Origin: a virus
Virus record (IMG/VR): IMGVR_UViG_3300025141_013434
Span: 32,001 to 96,000 of that record
Reading direction: 5' to 3' (one strand)
Length of the DNA: 64,000 nt
The position numbers were made by a program, and so were the translations under genes. The first letter of the stretch is position 1; each line of letters starts with the position of its first letter. The notes beneath the pieces are model-generated. The model was not told the DNA's origin. It was given only the letters and a program-made list of their open reading frames with translations, and ran no database searches. Below are positions 8,648 through 18,767 of this stretch, piece by piece.

Positions 8648-10087
8648 TTACTGGAATTGACCGATGACGATATCTTTCTGTCGTTGCATCGGTGTATAAG
8701 TCCCACCAGCGGCTGTGACTGCTTGCTGCCTGAGTTCAACATATTCTTGAGCACGACGCAACCTTTTTTCTTCTTCTGCTGCGATACTTGTGAATCCAGC
8801 TTCGGCGGCCTCTTCAGTAAAATCTGCAGTCTGACCTATCGTCAGGGAACTGTCAACAGATGCAGGTGGTATCGGACCAGTATGGCCCGCGGGAGGTGAC
8901 CCTGGTACTTTTTGAAACTTTGAAGTTCTTGGATCTGCCTTTTTAATATGATCGTTCATGAACCTTAGACCATGGGATGTGCCCAGCCTGTTAAAAACCA
9001 CCATGGTCTTGTCAAGAACCGATCGCCACTCAGGTGAGTTGGTCTTCTCCCTTCCGTAGCCACACTCAATTAATCTAGCTTTCATATAAACATCAAGGCG
9101 CTGCCTGTTTGAGAATTCTCTAATAATTTCTTCTGGCATTAGAACCTCTCTTTTCACCCTTGTCTTTATAAGTTTGCCATCGCATATTCCCCTCTTCACA
9201 ATGTAGGGATGATTCGTCATAAAAGTATAATAGCAGTCTAACATGAATTCATCTAGGATGTCAAGGTCTTTCAAGTAAGACGGATAATAAAATGCGCTAA
9301 AAATATTTTTGGCATCTCCATCTATGCAGTATTTCGACATGAAATGATGCATTGAAGGTGACGACAAGTCCGCGACGAGGGCCCACGGGGCGTTCTTGTC
9401 TACTTTAAAGCCAAACCTAGCTGCCATGGCGAGGTACTTTTTAAAATCTCTTGAGTTTAAAATATCATTTTTTTCTTTATCTTTGTCATGTTCTGCTTCT
9501 GCCAATTCTATAATCAAGCCAGAGCACCTCATAGGGCATTCGTTGGATAATATAAACCCGGTCAAAGTTAATGGAAAATCAGCCACATGATTTCTGATAA
9601 ACAGTCTGTAGAATCTCATAAAATCAGAAAAGTTCACAATCTGATCAGTATACCTATATAAATAAGATTCCAAGAAGTTGGTCTTCATTTCATCTAGATG
9701 TCTCTGATGTAACCCCCTTGGATCTACGTGGGCTTTGCGTGGAAAACTACCATCCACAACTCCAAGTAGTCCCCTCATTCTCCTTTTCGAAATGGCGTGC
9801 TCATAGTAATTCACAAAAGCAGTATAGGCATCCACGACAAAATCCATTGCAAAATGTGGCTTATTTTCATTTAAAGCTGACATACCAGTACTCAAAGGAA
9901 AAATTGCGTTGCCATGGCCATCGACTTTTCCGAAGATACTATTCAAATACCAAAAATCCTGAAATCTTCTTCTGTGTTTTGGTTCTATTTCTTCTAGAGC
10001 GCGAACTTTATACTCTCTTCTAGCATAAAACAGGTGCTTTGGGCTAGACTTATTGAGTGCCGGGGTATGAATCACTTCTTTTGCCAT
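8648..10087 (-). CDS. Hypothetical protein (tail/baseplate operon)
   Basis: Long ORF co-oriented with the baseplate genes, GAGG RBS. No recognised motif. Confidence 0.6.
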   Translation of the reverse strand: MAKEVIHTPALNKSSPKHLFYARREYKVRALEEIEPKHRRRFQDFWYLNSIFGKVDGHGNAIFPLSTGMSALNENKPHFAMDFVVDAYTAFVNYYEHAISKRRMRGLLGVVDGSFPRKAHVDPRGLHQRHLDEMKTNFLESYLYRYTDQIVNFSDFMRFYRLFIRNHVADFPLTLTGFILSNECPMRCSGLIIELAEAEHDKDKEKNDILNSRDFKKYLAMAARFGFKVDKNAPWALVADLSSPSMHHFMSKYCIDGDAKNIFSAFYYPSYLKDLDILDEFMLDCYYTFMTNHPYIVKRGICDGKLIKTRVKREVLMPEEIIREFSNRQRLDVYMKARLIECGYGREKTNSPEWRSVLDKTMVVFNRLGTSHGLRFMNDHIKKADPRTSKFQKVPGSPPAGHTGPIPPASVDSSLTIGQTADFTEEAAEAGFTSIAAEEEKRLRRAQEYVELRQQAVTAAGGTYTPMQRQKDIVIGQFQ

Positions 10088-10108
10088 CTTTTAATCCTCT
10101 GTTTCGCC

Positions 10109-12649
10109 TTATTTGCTTTCTTTTTCTGCCTTTATTGATTCATCTGCGAGAGATTGATACTCTTTCTCTTCTTCCGCCTGTCTTGCTGCGGTGGCCCTCT
10201 TTTGAGACTTAGTGGATTCATTGTTCCATATCCCCTTCACATTCATTAAAAACGAACCAGGAGAGATTGTGGCGTCAACCCCTTGTGTTACATAGTATCC
10301 ACCCAGACCCAAGCGATCAGCTATTTGTAAACTGCCGCGGCCAGGAACTGTGGGCGTTATATAAAAGATTGTCCCTGGGCGCATAAACGTGTTTCCTGCC
10401 AACTCTAGGTCCACGTTGTATGGCTGTCGCATACGATCAATGGGCGCTCCGACTTCACGAGTCATACGATGTTCAGACAAGCCAGCAACATTGTTTCTAG
10501 CAAAATTTGCCCTCTTTAATAAACCCTTATCCCTTCCCAAATGATAATGCATAATTCCCCTCTCGGAGTCCTTATATTGGTCTCCACTAGTTGGAGGGTT
10601 CGGGTCCATCATAGAAGTAAACAAAAAGTTATTATAAAGAGGTTCCGAAGTTTCGCCACCCGGGGAATGAAACAAGCCCCCCTTTTCAGAAACCAATTGA
10701 TCAATGGTGACCCTGCCCTTTTTTATATTTTTGCGGGTTGTAACCACAATTCCTCCAATTCTGTTCAGATCCCTGCCTATCATATCGGCACCAAGGAAAC
10801 ACTCAGATGTCAATCCTGGACGAATCAACTCGACCATCACTGATTGGAGAAAATCCTTAAGAGGAATTGTGTTTACTGGCCTTTCATTGTATTTTTTGTG
10901 AAACCAAGCAGAAAAGCGCCTCAAAGAAATGGGTATATCAACTAAATTTATTATTGATGATTTTTGTGTAATGGGATTGTTGTAAATCATTGTACCCAAT
11001 ATAAAATTAACCCTGGAAGATCTTAATTGAAACTTGCAAATTCCCAAAACAGCCTCTAACAAGTCTCCTAGGAAAATAAACGGTATGACAATCGTTCCTT
11101 GGCCGGGATGTGCTCGATCTATCATTTTCTCCAACTTAAACGATCGATTGTATTTTCCTGTGCTCTTGTTGGGCGGTGTCTTCTTCGGCTTCTTTGGAGG
11201 CGGTTTCTTCTCGGGGCCTGGAACCTTCTTTATAGCATCCTCTTCTGACATTCCTTCTTTTACTAACTTTTTGCGTTTCTCTCTGGCTCTTTCTAGTTCT
11301 GCTGCACGAGCTTCTTTGTCCTTCTTATTCTTTTCCGCCCCTTCTCTGTCGACAGTTGATAGTCCACCATACTTATCAAAGTACGCGTCCAGGTCTTCAG
11401 CACTGACCCTGACGTTATACACACGAGACTTGTGGGTCGGGTCGCGATCATCTGTACCTATGTTCTCGATCGCTCGTACAATACGACTCATCCTCTCGTG
11501 GCCGCGGCCAGTTAGTATTTTTGTTTTTATGAAGTCATAGGTTATTTCACTCGGATCAAGATTCTCGTTGTCAAGAGCTTCGTGAATTAACTTCTGCGCG
11601 TCGGTATCGCCTTCGGCCAAGTGAGCTGCCATTTCTCTTCTCTTGTCCGATTCAGTAGAGCGCCAGGAGGAACCGAACAGGCCTATCGTTCTTTCCTTAA
11701 AGTCTTGTGCCACTTTTGTTGTCTGGACTCTAGATTTCACCCCAGCCAAGGCTAAATCGGTTCGGCGCTCATCGGGGCCTGAAGCGCCCAACAAATCCAC
11801 CTTACTTAATGCAACGTCAAGTCTAGCCCTGTACTTCAAAGTAAGATTAAATGAACCGTCCTGTTGAAAATCAAAGTCATGCTCTGTCAAGGTAAGCAAG
11901 AAATTCATCGATTGATCCTTGATGGCTTTGATTTCGGCTGGACTCAATAAACCAGCAACCTTTGTGGGAACGTTCCAGCCAACGACAACTTTTATTTCTA
12001 TCAATCTTCCAGGCTGAGGGAGGAGAAGGAGAGACTCGTACTGTGGATCTTCAAAAACTTTTAAAGAATCTCCCCACAGGCTCATGTTCGCTTGAAACAA
12101 GTTAGTTGCAGTCCAGGGATCTGTGCCATTCATTTGCCATGTGAAGCTCTTTAAACCTAAATTTTGGCCGCGAGATGCCGGGTCCGCTAGTAGTTTTTCC
12201 AGATCGTATGAAGTCCCTTGAAGCCTTACTTCTTTTTCTGTTGTATTTGATTGTTTGGGGACATCACCTTTGTAAGTAACCACGAACACTCTTATCTTTG
12301 GTACTAAGAGTGCCATTTGAGCAGGAGAGAGAGACATTAACAGCTGCTGATCTTTGTACCAAAGAAGTTGATTTATATTTGCGTTTGGGCTCGCATCGTT
12401 TCCCGCGATAACTGTAAAATTCTTATATTTTGTACCAGTATAAGAGTTGTCACGGGCCAAATGCTCCATCTTAGAAGTCAAATAGCACTGCTCTCTAAAT
12501 TCTTCCGCTCTTCTTTGTCTTGCTTTTTTGTTGGCTTCTTCCCGGGCCTTTTGAGCTTCGGGTGAGGTGTCGACACCTTCTGTTTCTTTGTTCGTTTCTT
12601 TTGGAGCCGTCTGGCTAGATGGGACTCTCGATCCGGGTGCGCCGTACAT
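10109..12649 (-). CDS. Putative baseplate hub protein (gp27/gp44-like)
   Basis: C-terminal 'YNVDLELAGNTFMRPGTIFYI...LGLGGYYVTQGVDATISPGSF' resembles the hub-protein barrel end. Position after the tube initiator and LysM-like genes. Confidence 0.55.
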   Translation of the reverse strand: MYGAPGSRVPSSQTAPKETNKETEGVDTSPEAQKAREEANKKARQRRAEEFREQCYLTSKMEHLARDNSYTGTKYKNFTVIAGNDASPNANINQLLWYKDQQLLMSLSPAQMALLVPKIRVFVVTYKGDVPKQSNTTEKEVRLQGTSYDLEKLLADPASRGQNLGLKSFTWQMNGTDPWTATNLFQANMSLWGDSLKVFEDPQYESLLLLPQPGRLIEIKVVVGWNVPTKVAGLLSPAEIKAIKDQSMNFLLTLTEHDFDFQQDGSFNLTLKYRARLDVALSKVDLLGASGPDERRTDLALAGVKSRVQTTKVAQDFKERTIGLFGSSWRSTESDKRREMAAHLAEGDTDAQKLIHEALDNENLDPSEITYDFIKTKILTGRGHERMSRIVRAIENIGTDDRDPTHKSRVYNVRVSAEDLDAYFDKYGGLSTVDREGAEKNKKDKEARAAELERAREKRKKLVKEGMSEEDAIKKVPGPEKKPPPKKPKKTPPNKSTGKYNRSFKLEKMIDRAHPGQGTIVIPFIFLGDLLEAVLGICKFQLRSSRVNFILGTMIYNNPITQKSSIINLVDIPISLRRFSAWFHKKYNERPVNTIPLKDFLQSVMVELIRPGLTSECFLGADMIGRDLNRIGGIVVTTRKNIKKGRVTIDQLVSEKGGLFHSPGGETSEPLYNNFLFTSMMDPNPPTSGDQYKDSERGIMHYHLGRDKGLLKRANFARNNVAGLSEHRMTREVGAPIDRMRQPYNVDLELAGNTFMRPGTIFYITPTVPGRGSLQIADRLGLGGYYVTQGVDATISPGSFLMNVKGIWNNESTKSQKRATAARQAEEEKEYQSLADESIKAEKESK

Positions 12650-12651
12650 GA

Positions 12652-12987
12652 CTATACTCCATAATAAGACGTGATTTGATCCAAGGGCGAGGGAATATAA
12701 ATCAGATCTCCTTGAACGATGTGTGCCTCTGTTGGCATCTGATTAAACCAAGCAATGACCCACCACAAACTAGAGTCACCATAATATTCGTGAGCCAGTT
12801 TAAAAAATCTGTCCCCCAAAGTCCAACGATGGGGATAAAGTGTCAACTTTTCTATCTCTTCTTCAGTGGGATGTCGAAAATCCGCACTTCTGAACATGTG
12901 AATATTTTTTATGCCTCTCGCTTTAAAAAAATCCTTATACCTTTCTAGATCATTTAAGATCACATCTCTTTTTCTATATCTATCCAT
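12652..12987 (-). CDS. LysM-like baseplate wedge protein (gp53/P2 gpX-like)
   Basis: GDRFFKLAHEYYGDSSLWWVIAWFN...GDLIYIP. Confidence 0.8.
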   Translation of the reverse strand: MDRYRKRDVILNDLERYKDFFKARGIKNIHMFRSADFRHPTEEEIEKLTLYPHRWTLGDRFFKLAHEYYGDSSLWWVIAWFNQMPTEAHIVQGDLIYIPSPLDQITSYYGV

Positions 12988-12993
12988 TCGATA

Positions 12994-13824
12994 TTACCCT
13001 ATGACCTTATTCTCTTGCGCTTTCTTGATTTTTGAATTCTTTGGCTTACCCTTGGAGTAGGCCAGATTACCACCAGCACCCTTAACTCCGCACATCGACT
13101 TCATGCCAGTAATTTGATGCATCCCATAAGGATATCCCTTTGCGTGCTTTTTGTCCTGACCAAGCCAATGTCCGTTTGGCGAGCCATCCCGGAATCCCAG
13201 ATCGTGTGTATGGAGAACAGTGAAATTACAATTTATTTCAAAAGCCTTCGGAAGTAACACGCCGGCTTCGGGGTTGAAAAAGCCCAGGTCTAAATCTGGG
13301 CTCATATCTATTCCGTCGATGAAGCCAAGCAGTCCGTTCTCGAAGGCGCTAGGCGACGATGGTGCCGGTACCGCGTCACTAATCAGGTTTGTAAACTTAA
13401 TTTTTAATAGTGGAGGACCTTGTAACGTATTTATATTATCCGCCACCTTGTAAGTGGGATAGAGCATGGTAGATAGATGTTCAAACTTGTGCAAATTCTT
13501 TCGAGCGTCGACTTCAGACTCTGCGGGAACCGAAAAGCCAAAAGTAATTTTTCTAGTCGTACCTTGAAACATCGCTATCGGATCCATTCTACCATAAACC
13601 TGCTCTTCTGTCCAGTTCGAACTATAAGAATCGCTGAAGGTGGTTATGAAAGATTTAAAATTTACACACTTGCCCGTTGCCACATGATAGAAGTCTATTA
13701 CCCACCCCTGATAATTAGCCCAGCCATCTTGGGCCGCGGCCACCCAAGAGCCGGCGTCGTGCGAACCGTGCTTTTTGGCGTTGTGGCCGTGCTTATCTGC
13801 TTTCGGGCCGTGCTTGTCTGCCAT
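12994..13824 (-). CDS. Baseplate/tube initiator protein (tube fold)
   Basis: FSDSYSSNW...YGRMDPI..FQGTTRKITFGF...LYPTY...PPLLKIKF. Follows the tape measure gene. Confidence 0.65.
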   Translation of the reverse strand: MADKHGPKADKHGHNAKKHGSHDAGSWVAAAQDGWANYQGWVIDFYHVATGKCVNFKSFITTFSDSYSSNWTEEQVYGRMDPIAMFQGTTRKITFGFSVPAESEVDARKNLHKFEHLSTMLYPTYKVADNINTLQGPPLLKIKFTNLISDAVPAPSSPSAFENGLLGFIDGIDMSPDLDLGFFNPEAGVLLPKAFEINCNFTVLHTHDLGFRDGSPNGHWLGQDKKHAKGYPYGMHQITGMKSMCGVKGAGGNLAYSKGKPKNSKIKKAQENKVIG

Positions 13825-13835
13825 CTGTGATCTCC

Positions 13836-16580
13836 TTATGTTATACTGTACAAATCATTATTTATAGTTCTAACAACTGATTGTCCAACCTTTCTTCCGT
13901 CTAACTCTATGACCGTGCTGCCAGTCTTCTTTTCCAGTGCGACCAAAAGGTCTGCAATCTTATCTAGCTTCTTCGCGAGAATTCCACCCTCTTTTAATCC
14001 GACCATTTCGTCAGACGAACTCGGCCTGTAAACCACAAAGTCATTAACCGGGGTCGGCGCTGGCGAAGACCCAGGACCGGCTGCGCTGTAAATCGCCTTT
14101 CCGACCATTTTCGTGGGTAGGACGGGCTCCAAAGCTCGCGATAACATTCGACCAAGAATATCCCCTCCCATATAAGCAGCCGTACTAGCTAGTATCCCGG
14201 CACCACCTGTCAACGCAGTCACTAGCGCTGCTGCTGCAGCACCGCCGCCGACACCGCCAATGGCTTCAAAAAAGCGCTCACCAATCGGACCATACATGTC
14301 CTCTGGGGTGTTGCTCGGATCCGACATAATGCTTTTAATGTCACCAAAAGCGAATATACCCTCCAGCAAAGATGCGACAATAGGTATTTTCCCCATGTTT
14401 CCGAACATTCTTTTGATCAACTCACCACCGGGAATTTTGCCTAACATGTTTCCCAGATGCTTTCCCACGAAATCCTTCCCGCCAGAAAGCATTCCCCCTA
14501 TCTTCGAGAAAAGGCCGGTGCCAGCTTTCGTTGTTGACATTTTCGTAATATCGCCTCCGGCCGCGGCCAAAGCTTCCTTAGCCCCCTTGCCGGCAAAGCC
14601 GGCTTGGATCTGCTTGGCGCTGAAATTCTTTCCGCCGATGTTGATTTTTCCGGCTGCGGCTTTGCCAGCTTCCGCGGCCTTTGATGCAACGCTGCTGGAG
14701 GAGGTTTGAGTTCCTTGGGTGGTGAGCTTCTCCGTAGCTTTGGTAGCTATGCCGGCAGCTTGAGCCATAAACTTAAAGCCGGCTACGATTTTGTCTACGA
14801 TAAACTTTACGCTCTTAAGTGCGACCGTGAGAATGCCCAGCGTTTTCACCATAATAACCATTTGAGGAGGGCCGTCGAAACCTAAAAGCTTAAAAAAGTC
14901 GCGCATGTAACCGTCTAAAGTGGCCATAATCTTAACCACCATCGCGATGGGTTTCAAGAGGGCTATAAGTGATTCTTTCATAAACACCAGAGATTCACCT
15001 TCGCCAAAAATGTCCTTAAACACCTCCTTAAAAATCGCTCTAACTTCCATCATAAACGTTGCAAACACACCCATCATGTTTTCAACATTCTTCGCCATCT
15101 CTTCCCGGGACTTTGCCTCTTTGTCTGCTTTGGCCATGGCCGATTCAAGCTCTTCTGGGCCTTTTGCCATCAGTTTGCCGAGTTCATCAATGTCCATGCC
15201 CAAAGTCTTTGCAATGCCTGCTTTCTGAAATTTCGACATCTGTTTAAACGTTAAGCCTTGAGCTTTCAATGTCCTGGACAAGGTCACCAGCCTTTCTGAT
15301 TCTGTTTGACCTAGAAGTTCTATTGAGTTCAAGTATGGGCCACCCAGCATTGCGTTTAGATCACCGGCCATATTGGCTGCGCCTTCGAATGTGTCCATGC
15401 CGGCCATAGTTTCGATCAAATTGCCGACGTCCATGTTTAAGGTCTTCGATGCCGCCTGCATCCTCTTGAACTCGATAGTCATACCATCGCCGTACTTGCT
15501 CAAAGATTTACTAGCAGCATTAAAGCTCTCCATTACCTGTGCGGGCGGGAGAGAGAGGGAATGCGCCAAAGTGACCATCTCTCGATTTGTCCTGTCTGCC
15601 TCTTCTGCGGTCATTCCAAGCGATGTTATAAGGAAGCCAGTAGACTGAGCAGTGGCTTGTGCGTCGATACCCATCTTGACCATTATGGCGGAAGTCTGCG
15701 CAAGGCTCACCTGGGTCTCTTCTGATAAGTCATAAAAGCCCTGAAACTCTGTTTGCATAGATTTCAGAGTTGCTGTCATTTCTTCTGACGCATTATCCAA
15801 AAGCTTTATATCTTGAGAAAATGTAGATACCTTATGACCTAGGTTTTCTATTCCCGTATCTGTGTAGAGTTCTTCGTTTAATTGATCGACTGCATGAAAA
15901 GTTTCCACAACCTTTGCAAGAAGAGCACCAACAATGACATAAGGGTTGAAGGCCGCGGCCAACTGAGCACCGACGCCTTGGCCGATACTTCCCAACATCT
16001 TCATGGAACCACCGGCTTCGCCGGCTTTGGCCATCAGCCCGCCGAGGCCGTCAGTCGAAAGACCGAAGAGGCCGGCGAAGGTTTTACCCATGCCTTCGCC
16101 CATGCTCTCGGCTTCACCTAAAAGTTCATTTTGTCTTTCAAGTGCGGCGTTCTTTTTCTTCTGGGCGTCTAGTTCTTTTTTGAGAGTCTTGAGAAGCTTC
16201 TGGTGTTTCTTTTCTTCCTCTTCACTCAGGCCCGTTACATTTTCAAGTATTTCGATCTTCTTTTTTAGATGATCTTCTTCTTCGCGTGCGGCTTTTTCTG
16301 CAGCTTGTCGTTCGATACTAGCTCTGGATCGGTTCGTATCGCGAATAGCGACAAGCTCCATCTCCATCTCAAGGTTAACTTGGCGGATCCTCTTCTCAAC
16401 TTCGAGATCTTTTATATACTGATCTGATTGTGCTCTGGAAATATCCCCAGTAGGTGTCTGAACGCCGTCTGAGCCGCTGGATGCAAAAGCTTTCTTTAAG
16501 GCTCTGAGTTCAGCGTCAGTTAAGTTTGCTGCGCTCTTGATTTTTTCGAGGATCGCTTGTAGTTCTCTTGAGATTGCCAC
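13836..16580 (-). CDS. Tail tape measure protein
   Basis: 914 aa, helical and Ala/Gly/Met-rich, coiled-coil N-terminus, C-terminal IELDGRKVG. Located downstream of the tube and chaperone genes. Confidence 0.8.
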   Translation of the reverse strand: MAISRELQAILEKIKSAANLTDAELRALKKAFASSGSDGVQTPTGDISRAQSDQYIKDLEVEKRIRQVNLEMEMELVAIRDTNRSRASIERQAAEKAAREEEDHLKKKIEILENVTGLSEEEEKKHQKLLKTLKKELDAQKKKNAALERQNELLGEAESMGEGMGKTFAGLFGLSTDGLGGLMAKAGEAGGSMKMLGSIGQGVGAQLAAAFNPYVIVGALLAKVVETFHAVDQLNEELYTDTGIENLGHKVSTFSQDIKLLDNASEEMTATLKSMQTEFQGFYDLSEETQVSLAQTSAIMVKMGIDAQATAQSTGFLITSLGMTAEEADRTNREMVTLAHSLSLPPAQVMESFNAASKSLSKYGDGMTIEFKRMQAASKTLNMDVGNLIETMAGMDTFEGAANMAGDLNAMLGGPYLNSIELLGQTESERLVTLSRTLKAQGLTFKQMSKFQKAGIAKTLGMDIDELGKLMAKGPEELESAMAKADKEAKSREEMAKNVENMMGVFATFMMEVRAIFKEVFKDIFGEGESLVFMKESLIALLKPIAMVVKIMATLDGYMRDFFKLLGFDGPPQMVIMVKTLGILTVALKSVKFIVDKIVAGFKFMAQAAGIATKATEKLTTQGTQTSSSSVASKAAEAGKAAAGKINIGGKNFSAKQIQAGFAGKGAKEALAAAGGDITKMSTTKAGTGLFSKIGGMLSGGKDFVGKHLGNMLGKIPGGELIKRMFGNMGKIPIVASLLEGIFAFGDIKSIMSDPSNTPEDMYGPIGERFFEAIGGVGGGAAAAALVTALTGGAGILASTAAYMGGDILGRMLSRALEPVLPTKMVGKAIYSAAGPGSSPAPTPVNDFVVYRPSSSDEMVGLKEGGILAKKLDKIADLLVALEKKTGSTVIELDGRKVGQSVVRTINNDLYSIT

Positions 16581-16594
16581 TTATAAAACCCTCG

Positions 16595-16900
16595 TTACTT
16601 GAAAGGCCAGATCAGCCCTGTGTCTCTTTCAAACTTACTTACAGCAGAGTTAAGCCGATATCTACTCTTGTAAGTAGCCGGATTGTTTAAACCGTATTGA
16701 TTGAAGGCTGTTACATAATTCTTTTCAGCCGCAAGGGCCCGCGAAAAGCGGTCTAACTGAAGAGGGGAACCCTTCACTCTGACACGGGGGAAGTAAGAGC
16801 CCGTCATGAGAGCCCTTAGTATGAATCTTATCTTTGTCGAAAATTGAGTCATAAACGACTCATTCATTAACGACAAATCAATTATTATTTCTTCATCCAT
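16595..16900 (-). CDS. Hypothetical virion-associated protein
   Basis: 101-aa ORF preceded by the late motif, ending ..FERDTGLIWPFK. Confidence 0.6.
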   Translation of the reverse strand: MDEEIIIDLSLMNESFMTQFSTKIRFILRALMTGSYFPRVRVKGSPLQLDRFSRALAAEKNYVTAFNQYGLNNPATYKSRYRLNSAVSKFERDTGLIWPFK

Positions 16901-16939
16901 TTACATGCCCCATATACCTAATAATAATTATACTTAATT

Positions 16940-16947
16940 TAATTAGT
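16940..16947 (-). promoter_or_regulatory. Putative late promoter motif ACTAATTA
   Basis: Recurrent intergenic motif upstream of the tape measure operon. Confidence 0.55.
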
Positions 16948-16954
16948 CTTTTTA

Positions 16955-16982
16955 AAATAAAACAGGGCCGTGAAAACGACCC
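16955..16982 (-). terminator. Putative intrinsic terminator
   Basis: Minus strand GGGTCGT-TTTC-ACGGCCC followed by TGTTTTATTTT. Confidence 0.55.
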
Positions 16983-17183
16983 TATTTGTTTTTGTTTTTA
17001 CGACGAGACTTTTCTATTTCGTCTCGCTCGTCCTCGAATTGTTTAGATAGTCTCTGAAGAAACCATCTCCTTATCTTAATCGGGAGATTATATGCTTCTG
17101 TGAATCCCCATCCACCATGGTACTTCAACAGAAAGAATTCTTCATACACTGATTCTATGTATTTACTGCTTAGGCCAAAAAAA
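16982..17183 (-). CDS. T4 gp51-like / tail chaperone C-terminal extension, probably reached by frameshift
   Basis: FFGLSSKYIESVYEEFFLLKYHGGWGFTEAYNLPIKIRRWFLQRL. No convincing start or RBS of its own. Overlaps the upstream gene at a T7 run. Confidence 0.65.
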
Positions 17184-18029
17184 CTCGGCCGTGACGGGCA
17201 CCTCCGTTTCCGCAACGTTTCCACAATTGGTGCACTCCGCGGCCTGGGAGAAATTCACGCTTGGCATAGCTTTAGTGTATGCTACTCTTAAGTATCTAGA
17301 ATCCATGGCTGGCATGTTATCTATAAATTCTGCTATTTGAGACTTATTCTCGATACCGTTTGCCTTTATGATCATTGATCTAAAAAGGTCTGTTAGGTTC
17401 GTCTCTGGAAGATTGTTTTTCGATTTCATATCTCTTGCTTTTTGCAAGAAATTCTCTTCGCGACCGGTCATGGCTTTTATTTCTACTAGAACTTTCGATG
17501 TTGGAAGTTCAATTTCAAAAGTTTTTTCTCTCGTAAAATTAAAAAGACTTTCTTCTGGATCTTCGAAGTCATACCCTTCCGCATATTTGGAAAGATCAAA
17601 TTCGTTTTCAAAAGAATTTTCACAAGCTGGACAAACTACTGTGACAGGATAATTTGCCCCGTATCCTGTAACTCTAGCCGCCATTAAAACGGCGTTTCTG
17701 TCCGCTATTAGCAAATCAGCTGGATTAACATTGTCTATCATTATACTCTGCATCAACCTTTCCAGAGCTTGCCCCTTTTTCAAAAGGGCCGGGGAAGTCA
17801 ATATGTCCTCTTCTTTTGCTGTCATAAACTTTATTTCTACAGTATCTTTACCGTGCAAAGGGTGGCCTGGGCCATAAAAAATACCCCTCGATGGCAACTC
17901 AACAATTTCTGTTGGTGTAGCGAAACTTAATAAAGAATTCTTGGTTGGCGCGGACTGATCATCCACCATGGTAGGAGTGTCGTCGGCGCTTGCAACCATT
18001 TTGCGCCGAGAACTATTTCTATCAGACAA
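17163..18029 (-). CDS. T4 gp26-like baseplate hub assembly / tail assembly chaperone
   Basis: VELPSRG..Y, IKFMTAKEEDIL, DR..VLMAAR..GYG..Y, CPAC and CTNC, ends EFFWP. Confidence 0.75.
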   Translation of the reverse strand: MSDRNSSRRKMVASADDTPTMVDDQSAPTKNSLLSFATPTEIVELPSRGIFYGPGHPLHGKDTVEIKFMTAKEEDILTSPALLKKGQALERLMQSIMIDNVNPADLLIADRNAVLMAARVTGYGANYPVTVVCPACENSFENEFDLSKYAEGYDFEDPEESLFNFTREKTFEIELPTSKVLVEIKAMTGREENFLQKARDMKSKNNLPETNLTDLFRSMIIKANGIENKSQIAEFIDNMPAMDSRYLRVAYTKAMPSVNFSQAAECTNCGNVAETEVPVTAEFFWPKQ

Positions 18030-18075
18030 TTTTTACCTCACTTTCTCTTTGTGCATTGTCTTATTCTATTTAATG

Positions 18076-18702
18076 CTATTCCACTGCTCTGCCGCCGGAG
18101 ATATTCCCGACGCCACCGCCTGCGCCACGCATTCGGCCGGCCGACAAGTCGGGTTCGCCCTTGGCTGTGTGATGTACACCCCCAGCACCAACGCTGGAGT
18201 TTATTCTTGCCCAGTCATAGCGCAGGGTAAGCTCTACATTTAGGAGATCGTCACTTTCATAGTCCAATTCATCAAAACTGATGGATTTTATCCAAGGATT
18301 ATAAAGCTGCCATTCTTCCAGGGGAACGCCCTCTGCGTCAAGTTGCTGCAGGTAGATCTTCCCGCCCACAGCGGAGACGGCTCTTTGTTTTGATATCGTT
18401 CTTGGAGCGCCGGCGAAATAATCGCCTGGGTCGTCATACCCAGAATCAAACAAAAGTTCCATCATCGTCTTTGATGCGTCCGGATAGACCGGATCGACCA
18501 GTGTGAGGGATATTTCCGCCCATTCGACTCGACCCGGATAGTAAAATTTATAATTCAAAAAATTATGTTCAGCTTCGGAAACAGTCACATTAGGTTTTGT
18601 AACCTTTTTGACAATCCACTGAGGAACGCCTCGAAAGCTCATGAGCCACCTGAATTTTCTTTTTGGCTCTACAGTAAAATCTGACCAAAAACTCTCTGAC
18701 AT
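18076..18702 (-). CDS. Tail tube protein (gp19-like)
   Basis: EPKRKFRW, YYPGRVEW..ISLTLVDP, EEWQL...WIKSISFDELDY, LTLRYDWA. Directly after the sheath gene. Confidence 0.88.
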   Translation of the reverse strand: MSESFWSDFTVEPKRKFRWLMSFRGVPQWIVKKVTKPNVTVSEAEHNFLNYKFYYPGRVEWAEISLTLVDPVYPDASKTMMELLFDSGYDDPGDYFAGAPRTISKQRAVSAVGGKIYLQQLDAEGVPLEEWQLYNPWIKSISFDELDYESDDLLNVELTLRYDWARINSSVGAGGVHHTAKGEPDLSAGRMRGAGGGVGNISGGRAVE

Positions 18703-18736
18703 CGGAACAATCCTCCTAAAAAACTTCTTTCACCAC

Positions 18737-18744
18737 TAACTAGT
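18737..18744 (-). promoter_or_regulatory. Putative late promoter motif ACTAGTTA
   Basis: Upstream of the tube gene. Confidence 0.5.
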
Positions 18745-18767
18745 CAGCGATATGCGTTTATGCCACC

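Noticed and set aside
17184-17224. ORF-track start (GTG at 17224) for the gp51-like ORF
   Set aside because: It has no RBS, lies inside the upstream gene, and the N-terminal residues look non-conserved. Entry by frameshift is more plausible.
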